Below, one piece after another: positions 26,978 through 55,155 of a DNA stretch of 64,000 nt; within the stretch, counting starts at the first letter, position 1, and each line of letters begins with the position of its first letter. Both the position numbers and the translations under genes were made by a program. The notes below the pieces were generated by a model, which worked only from the letters and a program-made list of their open reading frames with translations, ran no database searches and had not been told where the DNA came from. Source of the stretch: Amoebidium appalachense (taxonomy: Eukaryota; Protista; Ichthyosporea); contig CAVNZM010000010.1 of assembly GCA_963693365.1 (NCBI GenBank), forward strand, positions 5,581,794 through 5,645,793, in the 5' to 3' direction.

Positions 26978-28033
26978 CCCCTCAGTGCCCCTGACTTTAC
27001 TCCCCCCTTTCTTCTCCTGGCTGGGTCTGCACACACACTGACACAACTGACCCCGTCTCTTCGATTATTTTCCTCGTTTCTAACATTCACTCCGATCTTC
27101 CCACCCTCCCTCCCCCCCCCCCCCCCCCCCCCCCCCACCCACCCAAAAATAATATTACAAATAACAATGATAATAATAAACACCCCGACCTGACTACCAC
27201 CACACCCTCTCCTGCCGGTCGGCAATTCTCACCCATCTCGATTTCTCCTGTTCGCACGTTTCCTCTTTGCACCGTTATTTTTATATATCAAAATTTCTAT
27301 TATTCAACAGAACAACCGGTGGGTGGCGGGGAACATGGATGGAGGGTGCTGGGTCAGTGGTGGGTGGGTGGGTTTCCGAGGGGTGTGTGGGGTCCGACGT
27401 ATTGTGTGTGTGTGTTTGTGCACGCGCGCGTGGGTTGGTGCATGTGTGCACTTGTAGGGAGGGGAGGGGAGGGAGGGTGGGGGGGGGGAGGGGGGGGGGG
27501 GGGGGGGGAGACGAAGAAATAGTGGTCCGCCAATAGAAACGTATGTTGTTACATATAGTAGCTCGACTACTCTTTTTTGCACATTGTGACATATGCTATT
27601 ATATCCCAACACTATACCCCATGTTTAATTTCGATACATTTTCCCCCAAAAAACGGATTGATAATTACCGTATATCTAACACGTTTTATCCCACTATTCC
27701 ACACCACAGGCACTCGTACGTGTTGTGTACGCCCCCAAGGAAGCACAAGTGCGGGAAACAATGGGTGCCCTGTCATTGGTGGATCTAGCAGGACTGATCC
27801 GTCTCCTATATGATTGGCAGCTAGCGCGGTATGTACCTCACGCACTGGAAACGGCCGCCCCTCTTCTATTGGCTGAAAATCATGAATGCGCCGAGCTATT
27901 TTTGGACACTGTCGACATCGGGGATTTGAGGACCAGTCATACAAAACAGTATGAGTGTTTGGATCGGATTAGAGATGAAATTGCGGGACAGCCGGTGGAA
28001 AATGCGGCGGGGGCAGCTGAGGGGGGTGCCTAA
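13859..28033 (+). CDS. Sacsin/Nov-type GHKL (Hsp90-like) ATPase with C-terminal BTB/POZ-like domain, ~1556 aa, 16 exons
   Basis: Exons 13859-14062, 14542-14757, 15190-15654, 16351-16463, 17058-17183, 17590-17897, 18621-18788, 19249-19475, 20109-20319, 20754-21452, 22246-22494, 23354-23841, 24614-25061, 25811-26065, 26706-26876, 27710-28033. All GT-AG and phase-consistent except one apparent extra base in the T9 run at 16402-16410. Sacsin-repeat motifs: [13 protein letters not shown] (N-box), [48 protein letters not shown]. Last two exons [20 protein letters not shown]...[26 protein letters not shown]...[19 protein letters not shown] fit a BTB profile. Confidence 0.85.
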
Positions 28034-28685
28034 GTCGCCAATACCATTCTGTGCATAGTGGAATTTCATGGGGGCTTTTCATGCTCATTGTGCGCTGTTT
28101 CCCGAGTTCCCAGGATCCTAGCTTTGTCGATGCCGATGTCATGGTAGTACCGATGTGTGGGCTGTGTGGTAGCTGTATACGTATGCAATTTTTCTGGCAT
28201 AGCCTCCAATTTTTCTTCCGGGGTTTGAGGTTGTTCTTTTGTTTTTATAACAGACACCATAGTCTAATGATCATTTTGGAGGAGTAATTCGCTGAATTTT
28301 GATGGAGCCAAAGATTGGAAGAACACTGACACCGCAAGTGGTGGTAGCAGGAAATGCGATTGTCTTTTTTTTAATTTAGACTGCTAATGTTGGTCTCACA
28401 CAGCTCCTTGTGCACTGTATTTAGAATTTGCTACCCTAACTGTGTACATGAACGGGCCTGTGAACTTCGTTTAAAATTGACTTTTGTACGTCATGTAACA
28501 TATATATAGCCCGGCTTGGATGTTGCCCCAATGGCATGGGCCTTCTCAATTTCTCTCCTCTTCATCGTCCTAACCTGTTGTCCGCTTTAATTGCAATTCA
28601 TTCGTTTGTTCATGCGACCTTTGTCTCAGGTGCGCACGGGTATGCGATTCGAGAATCGGTTTTTTTTTTTTTTTTTTTTTTTTTT

Positions 28686-28719
<34 letters not shown>

Positions 28720-29404
28720 TGAATACCGGATACTGCTTGATGCGTCAGTGCATGGTACGGTTTGAATGCATGTGACCAAGTACAGTATGCGGCCCCACAA
28801 AACTATGCATACGACCCATGAATAAATGTATAGATAGCACATATATCTACGTAGGCGAAGCCCCAACGTTGCGGTCGAAAAAAACAAACAGAAAAAACCC
28901 AAGGAAAAAGAAAAAAAAGAAAGAAAGAAACGAAAAAAAAAAAACTGATTTGATCAACGGAATGTTCACGACTGTGTGGGAATGCATATGCATTCGAATC
29001 CTCGATGGCGCAATGCCACTGGTTAAGAGGCAGCCCCGTATACGTGGGAAACCAATCATTCAGCCCAATGATCGGCAACCTTGTTGCACTTGAGGCCCGC
29101 CAAGAGACAGATGAATATACTACCAAACCACCCAGGAGTGTTTTTTGTGTGCGTGTTCCCCAGGGGGAGGGGGGGGTTGGAATGCGTTACAGAGAGAGTA
29201 CGAAGTACACATCCACAACATATGTACAAGGGACAGCACAATGCAGATGGCCAAGCAAGCACAAAGGGCATGGAGCACTGCAAACCCCATCATCAAGCGA
29301 GGCTTAAGGGAGGAGGAGGAGAAGGAAGAGGAGCCTCGTGTGTGTGTGTGTGACACTGTGTGTGTGTGCGTTTGTGTGTGTGTGTGTGGGAGGGTGGAGG
29401 TTGG

Positions 29405-29438
<34 letters not shown>

Positions 29439-29804
29439 GGGGGTATGCATTAGAGGGCTGAAAATATGGAGGAGACACCAAAGGACAAAATGTAAAACGT
29501 CACAAAACCAAAAAACCCAAAATCGAAACATAATGCGGGAACAATAAAAAACGTGCAGGCAGAAGACACTTGAACAGATCACATCACCAGAGGGGCCCCA
29601 ACGCATCCACAAAAGAATGGGGCTCGACTCCTTAACCTCACACGTAGTTCCCAACCCATACTTTGTTTCAACAGCAATAGGTGAGTCAACTCGTCTTTAC
29701 CAAAGACGAGCAGGGTTCTTCAAGGAAGCGGGCCGGGGGGGGGGGGGGGGGGGGGGGACTAAGATAAAATGGCCATGTACACATTCGACATTCACTTTAT
29801 TTGT

Positions 29805-29980
29805 TTACAGCTCGCTGAAGCGGGGCAGGTTGGGGTGCAGCACCACCCGCCTCTCCACGCCTTTCTCTGTGATGGTGGCCAGACGCACAACACCACCGGA
29901 CGATCCGTCCCGTGCCATGGCAAGCGCAACCGCTGAAACGAGTGCATGTTAGGGGACAAGAATGATGGTGGCGTAGTGTT

Positions 29981-30019
<39 letters not shown>

Positions 30020-30151
30020 GCGCCTCCCTTCTTTCTTTTCCTTTCTTTCTTTCTTTTCTTTTTCTCTCTCTCTTTTTTTTTTTTTTTTTTTTTTTTTTGG
30101 GGGGGGGGGGGGGGAGCAGAAGCTGAGGAAGCAGCGTAAATGTGCATGTTT

Positions 30152-30203
<52 letters not shown>

Positions 30204-30242
30204 GTGTGTGTGTGTCTCTCTTCCTCTCTCGGAGTGTGTGTA

Positions 30243-30325
<83 letters not shown>

Positions 30326-30328
30326 TTC

Positions 30329-30359
<31 letters not shown>

Positions 30360-30668
30360 CTCTCTCTCTCACTCTCACTCTCACTCTCACTCTCTCTCAC
30401 ACACACACACTCTCTCTCTTTGTGTGTGTGTGTGCATGTGCTTTTTTTGGGGGGTGAGGGGGTGGGGGGGGGGAGGGTGGGAGGGTGGGTGGGTGGGTGG
30501 GTGGGGGGGGGGGGGGGGGGGGGGGGGGGACAAGAGAAAGAGTAGATGATATACCATTTGTGCAAAACTCCTCACACTGCTCCCTCGTCATGTTCTCCTT
30601 GAACGTGGCATCGCAGTAGCCGTAGATGTATGTGCTGCCAGACCCTGTGCAAACCCACTCATTAGAGA

Positions 30669-30702
<34 letters not shown>

Positions 30703-31163
30703 GGTGTGTGAAACTCTATGCAAATCCACCCAGTAGACTAATATGTATCTTTCACTAGAACGCACACGAAGTTAGAGCTCGATCGGCATCGATTGACCTA
30801 TCTTCTATATCCAATAGCCAACCAATCCTTGTAGATATATAGTTCGATCTGAGACCAGATTGATTTAATGACTGGTCAATTTCTAGGAGCGCGATAGGGA
30901 GAGCGAGACGGAGAGAGAGTGTGAGCGAGAGGGAGAGGTGGGGGGGTGGGTAGGGGAGGAGGGAGTAAACAGTGAACACACCTCCGATGGAAAATGGCTG
31001 GCGCACACACATGCCGCCCAGCGGGATGGTGTAGACCTGACCCCCTTTCTTCTTGTCGTAGCCGGCACAGATAATGCCTGCCATGAGCTGCTCCCTGTTG
31101 CCGTAGCACAGCAGCCGGAACAGGTTGGCTGCAGTCGCTACAAGCGGCTGCTCACCTAGCTCA

Positions 31164-31227
<64 letters not shown>

Positions 31228-31242
31228 GGGTGGGGTAGGTAG

Positions 31243-31334
<92 letters not shown>

Positions 31335-31727
31335 GCGCACTCTTAGAAGGGCGAAAATGGTAAGGAAGTGATAAGGAGAAAGTCGGTGATGACCCAACCC
31401 CCCCCCCCCCCCACACCCAAAATTAAATTCAATAAAAAGCTAACAAACAAAAAACAAAAATAAAATAAGAAAGTTAAACGGAGGACAGAAAAAAGTTGTA
31501 ACCATTATACTATTGAATGATCATTACACACACAAGGAGTAATAAAACAAAGAGCCCATCCTCAGGTGGGGCAGAAGTCATCCACAGCACCCGAGCTTCG
31601 ACCCATTCACCTCAGTACCGAAATCCAAATCAGGCAGGAAGTGGTGATGGTGGAGGCGGTGGTGGTCGTGGCGGTGGTGGCGATGGGGGGAAGGAGGGGC
31701 GGGGGGGGGGGGGGGGGGGGGGGGGGG

Positions 31728-31804
<77 letters not shown>

Positions 31805-32573
31805 GGGGGAGGGGGGGGGGGAGGGGGGGGGGGGGGGAGGGCAGGGGCAGGCACGTACGTGTGCATGCTGAGGTAGTATTTGACATAGTCGGCCACGGCC
31901 TGGGTGTCTGCGGCTGAGCCGGACCGGCAGCAGTAGACATTGTCCGTGATCTTGGTCAGCTTGTCCGTCACACGGTTGGCGATGTACGACCTGCATGAAA
32001 CACACACGGGCACACACATAAACATGTACACGTACATGCACGTACACAGGCACGCACGTGTACACATGCCCACACACACGTACACATGCACAGGCACACA
32101 TGCTCATATCCACACGTACATGAGCGCGGACGTGCACATGCACACACGCGCGCGCGAGCGCACACACACACACACACACACACATACACACACACGCGCG
32201 CGCACACACACACACAAGCACACAAACAAAATAACAGCCGCAGCCACACGCACACCACAGACCGGAGGGGGGGGGGGGGGGGGGAGGAGAAATAGGGGTC
32301 GAGAATAGTTAGCAATGGCTCTGAATGAACTTTTGGGGGGGGGGGAGGTTAATGGGTTGTAGAGTACGACGTACACATATATGACGGACAACAAAATGCA
32401 GAGTTCAAACCACACAGAGAGTTTGCATAATAAGCAGCCCATGCTCAGGGGGGCCCCAAACCATCCACAGTACCCGAGTTTCGATCCAATCACCACGTCA
32501 ACCAGACCAAGCCCAGTTACTCAGATACCATTACTCTCATACATGGGAGAGTCATCTGTCTCAGCTGGGTTAC

Positions 32574-32607
<34 letters not shown>

Positions 32608-32621
32608 GGTGGGGAGATGGG

Positions 32622-32683
<62 letters not shown>

Positions 32684-33073
32684 ATGGGGGGGGTGGAGCT
32701 GCGGCTTAAGGTTTTATGAGTGTACGTGTTCACACATATGTTGCATGCACCAGCACAAACCCTCGTCACATGAGCCACAGTTCATTTTAACCACCCCTGT
32801 CTGCTTTATACAACCCCCCCCCTCCCCTTCTCCCCCCTCCTCCCCCTCCCCCCCCCCCCCCCCGCCGCAACCTTCTCTCCCATCTTAAAAAAAAGAGCAT
32901 ATGCTTATGCCCTGAAAAAGCCCATGCTTACTCATTTCACATGACCACGTGCAACATCCTTCACCCCCCCCCCCCCACCCAATCCACGTTTTCCCGTACA
33001 ATTCATAATCGTCACACTACTCAAGACAGAGAAATGCAGGCCATGGTTTTCTGGGTACCCCCATGTACATATT

Positions 33074-33140
<67 letters not shown>

Positions 33141-33240
33141 TCCTTGTCTCTTTCTGTGCTCCAATTGAGACAATCAGTCACATCACATCTGCCCTATTCA
33201 TTTCCTAACCAGCCAACAACATCCCCCCCCCCCCCCCCCC

Positions 33241-33274
<34 letters not shown>

Positions 33275-33435
33275 CACTCACAGAGAGCTCTGTATCGGGG
33301 AGGGAGGGAGATCGGAGCAAAAGAGTGAAGAGCAAGCGAGAAAGAGGGAGAGGGAGAGGGAGAGAGAAGAAAGCAAGAGAGAGAGAGAGAGGGGGGGGGG
33401 GGGGGGGGGGGGGAGAGGGGAGAGAGAGAGAGAAA

Positions 33436-33470
<35 letters not shown>

Positions 33471-35202
33471 AGAGAGATATGGGTTCTGCCCTCCGCCGCA
33501 TCCCCCCCCCCCCCCCTCCCCGCGTGTACGAAGGCAGTTCTTACCCTGTGGTTGTTCGTGAGTCGGCAGCCACAACAACACCGCCATCAAACTCCACGGC
33601 CATAATGGTCGTCTGAAGGGGGGGGGGGAGGGGGGGGGGGGGTTAGAATGTGTGAAATAGTACAAAGTAAGCATTCACGACGGAGGAAGAGAGGGGGGGG
33701 GGGGGAGGGGGGGGGAGGGGGGTACAAAGGCTATGCATGATAAGCAAAGCCCATCATCAGCAGGGGGAGGGGGGGGGGGGGGGGGGGCTTAATCACCTAC
33801 GGTACCCCCCTGGGGGGGAGAGGGGTGGAAAGCAACCATATATCACAAAAATAGGCATCGTGCCTGTTTCTTTCGTCCTTGCTTCACAAGTCTGTGTGCA
33901 TTTCCCAACCCTCCCCCCTCCCCCCTCCCCTCCCCCCCCCCCCCCTCCCCTATCCTCCTCCTGGATTAAAATAGAGGAGGAGGCACCCGATACGGAGGGA
34001 ACGGGAATAGTATGGAAAAACGAAAAAGACCAAGTGTCCTTGGTATGCCGACAAAGGCAGCAAAACACATCTTATGCCTTCCTTAAAGCTTTTCTTTCTT
34101 TCTTTTTTTTTTTTTCCGCGTCAACAAAAAAAAAAAAAATCAAAGGCCCATAACACTAACACTCTGGCCTGTCTGAGAGAATCCACTGCCATCCCCTACC
34201 CATTTACGAATGCCCCTACCACAAGTACATGATTTGAAAAGTGCAAACTGATGTATGTCAACCCCCCCCCCTCCCCCCCTCTCAGCCATTCTCCAGCAAT
34301 ACATACACACGCTGCAGACTCCCTGGCCAACACATAGCAGCCTCCCCCCCCCGCGGCCCCCCTCCCCCCCCCCCCACACACGCACACAAACTCAACCATA
34401 CACCCGTCCAAGGAGAAAACAAAAGAACCCCCCTCTCTCTACTAAACCAGCAAGCAGAACAAACACCAAACCTGCCCTTTCACAGGCCCATTGTCTCATA
34501 CAAACCCCCCTCCCCTTCCCTCCGTCCCTCCCCGCCCCGCCCCCCCCCCCCCCCCCCCCACTGCCCTCATTCGTTTTCCTCTCACCTCCCAAGCCCACTT
34601 GTACACCAGTGAGCCTTTTCTACCACATGAATCCAACAGAAAAGGCAAGGCTATAAATCTGCATCACGAAAGTCTAAGCCGCCTGCTTATCAGTATACAT
34701 CTTTCCCCCACCACTCCTGTCCACGAAAAAACCTCTTGGTCAATTTTCCTTCCCAACTGGGCCAGTAACCGTTTGTGTTATTCGGTTAGAAACCAAGACC
34801 GAAAAAGACAGTGCATGCGAGCAGCAGGTAGCCTGAATAAGTACGAGCGTGCAGGTGTGTGTATGCCTTAGAGCGAGCACGTATTTCCGGCGCCAGGCTT
34901 GTCCGTGTGTGTGTGCTTGCACATCTACGTGCGTGGGTGTGTACTACCCTTGTAGGTGGTTTGTACGTGAGTGCGTGATGCGGGATGCAGGCAAGCATAC
35001 ATGTGTATGCGCTTGTATAACGTGCACGTGTGAGTCTGCGTGCTTGTGCGTGCTCGGCGGGCACGTGCGTGTCTGTGTTTGTGTGTGTGACTGTATGCGT
35101 GCATGTAGCGGGCATGTTTCTTGTGCATTGGTAGAAGCTTAAGAGTTTACTTACGCCTGTCAAGTGCTCCTCAGCAACGAAGTCGGGCTGTGGAATAGGC
35201 AT
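29805..35202 (-). CDS. PSMB6: 20S proteasome subunit beta type-6 (beta1/Pre3)
   Basis: Minus-strand exons 35202-35155, 33612-33545, 31990-31859, 31166-30982, 30644-30555, 29932-29805, all GT-AG and in phase. Protein [16 protein letters not shown]|[35 protein letters not shown]...[11 protein letters not shown]...[13 protein letters not shown]...[14 protein letters not shown], with catalytic Thr1 after a 16-aa propeptide. Confidence 0.97.
31541..31635 (-). repeat. Copy of dispersed intronic repeat family (PSMB6 intron 3)
   Basis: Reverse complement reads GGGTCGAAGCTCGGGTGCTGTGGATGACTTCTGCCCCACCTGAGGATGGGCTCTTTG; similar to the copies at 32362-32520 and 40831-40888. Confidence 0.75.
32362..32520 (-). 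repeat. Longest copy of dispersed intronic repeat family (PSMB6 intron 2)
   Basis: Reverse complement reads GGATCGAAACTCGGGTACTGTGGATGGTTTGGGG..CCTGAGCATGGGCTGCTTATTATGCAAACTCTCTGTGTGGTTTGAACTCTGCATTTTGTTGTCCGTCATATATGTGTACGTCG; aligns with 38904-38990 and 42657-42745. Confidence 0.8.
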
Positions 35203-35991
35203 GTTGGTGGTATAAAGGGCGTGGTGCCTAACTATTAGTGTGCGTATGTGTATAATGAAAAAAGCCAAGTAGATGTTTGGCAAGGAAAAGGAACCCCGGA
35301 CTCCACTTGAATCGTTGGAGTGTGAAACGTCTCAGACAAGATTTCTTGCTTTGGGTAAACGGCGGCGGCACAGGAAAGAGAGAAAACACGTCTTATATCG
35401 ACAATCGTGCTTGTTTTAAATTCTTGGATTGCTCCACAAACGCATGTTTCTCTCTCAATTGTAAACCTGTCTTGTGAAGCCTTCTCTCCCTCTCTTTCTC
35501 TGTTTTCTTTTTGTCTACGTCAGCAGCAAAAGGAAAAGAGACCGGATCGGGTCAATCGAAGCCCGTGCCCAGAACCGATTTGAACAAAATGCTGCATGAC
35601 CCGAGCCGCTCATGTAGTCTACAGCCCACAAAACGCCTACATCATATTTTATAGGAAGAATGTCGAATTTGTAGTAAACGTGCTTTAGACTATTCTTTAG
35701 CATGGCGCAAACGCCTGGGCGGCCACCACACGCGGGCTCAGCCAGTGAGCGTTTTTGAGAGAGGGTGAGAGGCTCGAGGGAAAAGGAGAGTTTAACGGCA
35801 TACTATGGTTATCCTTTTTCCTCGCCCGGTTAATTAAAGCAAAATTTAACTAGCAAGGGTCTAGCAGAGAGCGTATCTCTTTCCCCGCGCTTCTAGGTGC
35901 AGGTTGGGTTAACAATTTGCCGAGATTTTGGAACGAAAGAAAGAGAGAGAGAGAGAGTATTTGGGTTTGTAGCTAAGGCAAACGCAGGAAA
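35203..35991. promoter_or_regulatory. Probable bidirectional promoter between PSMB6 and the HIBCH-like gene
   Basis: About 790 bp between divergent start codons; almost free of microsatellites; GC-rich core near 35700-35750. Confidence 0.55.
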
Positions 35992-49708
<13,717 letters not shown>

Positions 49709-50471
49709 TAGTGTGTGTGTGTGTATGTGTGGGTGGGTGGGTGTGGGTGTGTGTCACGTGTGTGCGTGTGCGTGTGCGTGTTTGAGTGTTTGTGTGTTTT
49801 TGTTTCCCGCTCTCTTCCCTCCTCTCCCCCACTCACCCCTTCTCTCTCTTTGTGGGTATATATGAGTGTATATGTCTGTGCATAGTTGCGGATTACCCAC
49901 CACTGAACTTTGTAATGATTATGCATTGTTTTGCGTATTCGCTTATTACACTCAGCCAAGGCTTTTTGAACAACATCGAAATACATCTACTAGTGCACAC
50001 CGCAGCAACACACACTCAAGAGTCTGAAAGTTTCTTTTTCGTAAATTATCACCCCGACGACCTTCATTTCATATAGACACCCCGCCGACGGGTGACACAA
50101 ATACACACGCACACACTTAATGACATTGGTTTAATGCACTGTAGCACCCTAGTTCTCTGCATATCCCGTGTTTTTTTACATACACACATGCCCACCCAAT
50201 TCGGACGTAAATTGAACAAGTAGCTGGGGCAAATCGACTGATGCATATGGCATGCGCACGAATGTGCACAACGTGCGGGCGATCAATGTAAATGATGAAT
50301 CATGGTTTTCGCTGTGCGCTTTACATGGAAAATGTTTTCTGGGCTGGCCTGGCAGAATAAATTTGATCATCAAATGAAGTGCCAGCGATATGATGTGTCC
50401 CGGGTATCCCCGCGGAGGTCTTTTCTATGTCACAGTGGTGAATAACGTCTCCATGTGTCAGACGTGTTTAA

Positions 50472-51452
<981 letters not shown>

Positions 51453-52488
51453 ACTCGGTGCGTATACGTACGTGTGTCAGAGGGAGGGGGGGAGGGGGGC
51501 TCTATTGCATGACTGATGGCTGATGCTATCTATGGCTCCAAAAGTTTTAACGGCCGTTAAAATGTACTTGCACGTGCGTGACCATGATGGCAGGTGTCAC
51601 GGGGGGGGGGGGGGGGGGGGGGAGCTCGGACGAATCATCCGGTGCGGCCTGAAGCCCAATGCATGTTTTTGAAATGGTGCTCATGACAGGGCACACACCC
51701 TGAGGCAAAATTAAGTTATCAGTTCAACACGTTATAATACCACATGTGTCACGGGCCGTGTACAAGATGTCCAGGCTGAGTAGAGGCATCTGTCTTTCAA
51801 TAGTTCAACTCGGTTGCAAATGTGCAATTGTTTCGATGTAGTAAACTTCTGTAAGCCATGATGAAAGGATATACTACTAAAAGTAGTAGTAACTACTAGG
51901 ATGGTAATACTGTGATAACGAAACTCACATGCATGTATACATATATACATGTTTAACTTAGCCTAGGCTGAGCCTCTGCCACTGAATCTCTACATCCCTT
52001 AATAAATGATCCCGGACTAGTATGTGAAGTATTAACATTCACTGAATACTCGAACTCGTGACTATCACTAATGATCTGACGGAAGAAAATATCGGAGAAT
52101 TCGAACACTTTTAGGTGACATGGTATCATAAATAGCTATAATAATCCCCAGCCTGGCAGCCACTGCCTGTTCGAAACGAAGTCTCTTGCTGTTGACATCA
52201 TCAAGTTATCCTTCTCATCACGTGCCAAGACGTTCTGTGGCAACGGTATGTACACTAAAGCACTGAGTTTGGATACGGTATAGCCTGAAAAGAAACCATT
52301 CAGTGCCTATCATGACCGTTTTCAGTAAAGGGCCGACAATTAAAATTTAATACATTAGTGGCCTCGGTGGGCTGCTGACTGACTCAGGTGTCCTGCTGGG
52401 GGACTCACACGCATAAGGACATGCCATGATTGAATACTTTTGAAACTCATTATGAAAATAGCTTGAAATGGCCAAAAAATAAAACTCA

Positions 52489-54513
52489 TCATCCCTCGTC
52501 ATTAGTTTTGATCGCACGATCATTTCCTGAGCTGCGGCGGTCGTAGCCCAGACAGTTGTGTAGCTGGTGGGTGAGGGCTGAGATGATGTTTTCGTGCTCT
52601 TCTTTAAGCGCCGTCAGCTGCTTGACCTGTCCCTGCAGATCTTGGAGCTGCCTCTCAAGCTGCGCATCAAAGAACACATTTTGTCAGTAACTTGAACAAG
52701 GTTTTAAATCTTGCCCAATTGTTTTGTTGTTCCTATAATGGTTGCCCAATTGTTGTGTTGTTTCTACCATGCTCGTAAACCAAACGGTGTTGACGCGTGA
52801 GTGTGTGCTTTGTCACAGTCAGCGTTGTTGTCATTGAGCGTGTGTGTGTGTGTGTGTTGTTCGTTTGTGTGTGTGTGTGTGTGTGTGTGGGTGTGCTGGT
52901 ACGTATTACTAAGTGTAATGATTTATGGGCTGGCTTGCCACTGGGGGGTGGTTCTACAGTGATCTTGGCTGCGCGGCAGGGCCGGGCAGGCAAGGGGGGC
53001 GGGGGGAGGTACTGAGGTGCGAAAATGTGAGTTGAACACATACAATGGTCACCCTGGTGTAAACGTACCTCGCGCACGGCGGTTTCCTTCTCCAGTGTCA
53101 GCTGGTCGACTGTTTCTTGCAAGTCCTGTAGCATCTGTTTTCTTCGGTGCCGACACCTGCACCGAAAAGGCATTACAGTGTCAATCATTATGCAAAGTGG
53201 CCAAAAAAATAAAAAATAAAAGTAAAAACTTTGACTCTTGAAAAACGAAAACAATAAAAAAAGGAAAGAAAAGAAAGCAAAGAAAAACGGGGGGAAAAAA
53301 GGAGTCCAAAGCACAAGCCAGTGTGAAAATAACTGGAAAGCGACCCATGATAGAGCAATCATATCCAGTAACATGTCAAAGCTGTAACTTAATTTTTGGC
53401 CATATCCGATCTTAAAGATACTATGGCTTACCCGGCGTGGCGCGAACGGTTGCCTCGTTTCAGTTTTTCTGAAAGTGATTTTACTAGCCTCGAAGTATAA
53501 TACAACACAGCCCCCCCCCCCCCCCCCCCCCCCCTGCTTGCCCCCCGCCGCGCCCGCCGACCACTTCTCCACCCAAAAGCACACACACACACACACACCA
53601 TCGTGACCCACAGATTGTCCAGCCTTCTCGCCACTCCCCCCACACCCTCCTCCCTCCCCCTCCCAACCCCTGGGCCGCGTGTCATCAGGGCCTGCTTCTC
53701 TTCTCAAACACCCACACACTTCACACACCTTGCGGCTGCCTCCCTGTTCTTCAATCTCTTGACCTCATTCTTCGATGAGTGTTCTGTTCCACCCGTCGCC
53801 GATGAATCCGGGCTCCCGTATGGATGGTTGCTAGACACAGACTGCTGCGTGGAATAGTTACGGCCCGAGGTACTTTGTGCACCCTTCATTTTTAACCCTT
53901 TAGTAGTGGCTTTAACCTGTTCGAGTGGTGATCCCGGGAGGGAATAAGAGATGGGATTCGAACTAGAGCTACTTGTAGTGTGGGGTTCGTGCTCTTGAAG
54001 TGAACTCGATGGATGAACTTCAGAGAACCGACCACGTTCTCTAATGTGATGCTGTAGATTAGCATGCGGTTCTGGCTCGGAAAACCTTCTTGTTGGCCAA
54101 TATTGTCTCTGCTCGTCATATTCGAGTTCCGGCGGCCGGTGATGAAAGGGAGGGGGGACACGGTATTGGTCTATAACTGTGCGTTGTTCTTGGTAATGAT
54201 CTCGTTCTTGGTGCATGCTTGCACTCCGTCTAGCCATTTCATCCTCGTATAACGCCTGGTGCCTGTGTGTCTCCACGTGATAGTGGTTAACATTGCCATG
54301 TTGCATGTTGGAGCTGGTACGGTATGCCAAGTAGTACTCTTGAAGTTCGGCACCTGACGGTGTGCGGGCAGTGACATGATGGCGGTCATGCGCACCGTTT
54401 GAGTCTATAAGGTTGTGGTTGTTGAAGACAGCTCTCTGTGCCATGGTGGAGGTGCTCAACGGAGTTGGGGAATGGTGATTGAGGGGTGCTTGACTCGCCG
54501 ACGGGAAGAACAT
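52489..54513 (-). CDS. bZIP transcription factor (AP-1/ATF/Fos-like), 3 exons
   Basis: Exons 54513-53729 (an alternative ATG at 54444 sits in a CCACCATGG context), 53156-53069, 52659-52489. Basic region KRLKNREAAARCRHRRK (N-x7-R with Cys), then a leucine zipper ending in HQLHNC, like the HxC end of Fos/ATF zippers. Confidence 0.9.
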
Positions 54514-55155
54514 GTGTTTAATCTTGAGTTAATGGAACCACAAGGCTGTGCAACTCTAACCGAAATCACTGACATATCAATGGTTCATGCAGACATTGTC
54601 GGGATCCCGGAGCCGGCTAGGCGACAATCATAGTTGGTGGACTAATGGATGATAGTTACTGGAGAAAGCCATCACAACCTGCCCTCTAAGTCAGAAAACT
54701 TAACCGCTATTAATGGTGTATACGGGGCCCTTTGTAAGGTCTTGTCAATTCGTGATTGGACTTCCACACCAGTCTAGTTCCGGAAGTTGCCCAGAGCCTC
54801 TAGGCTATTCTTGCGTGTATATTCTGAGATAACTATCACAATTTGGGCACGGAGACACAAGTGATTGCTATCATTGAACTCTTCTCACTGCACGGGGGCC
54901 CGTTCAAGCCGCCCGGAGTGTGGTCTACACACGCACGCTTACAACACCGTCACTTAAAGAGCTACAGTAATACAGTCACCAAAATGTGTACGTTTGTATG
55001 ACATGCATCATCACCGTTTGCTGAAACTTCTCTCAGAATCTGGGCGTTTTGGGAAGGCTTCCTGTCATTCTTCTGCCCGGTACACGCACCCTTCCGCCGT
55101 GTTCCAAATGACTGTCACAACGGCACATAGCCTATCATAGGCCTACACACGGCAC

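Noticed and set aside
28034-29804. Possible extra gene between the convergent sacsin-like and PSMB6 3' ends
   Set aside because: Only short ORFs without motifs or a consistent exon chain; probably UTR or intergenic sequence.
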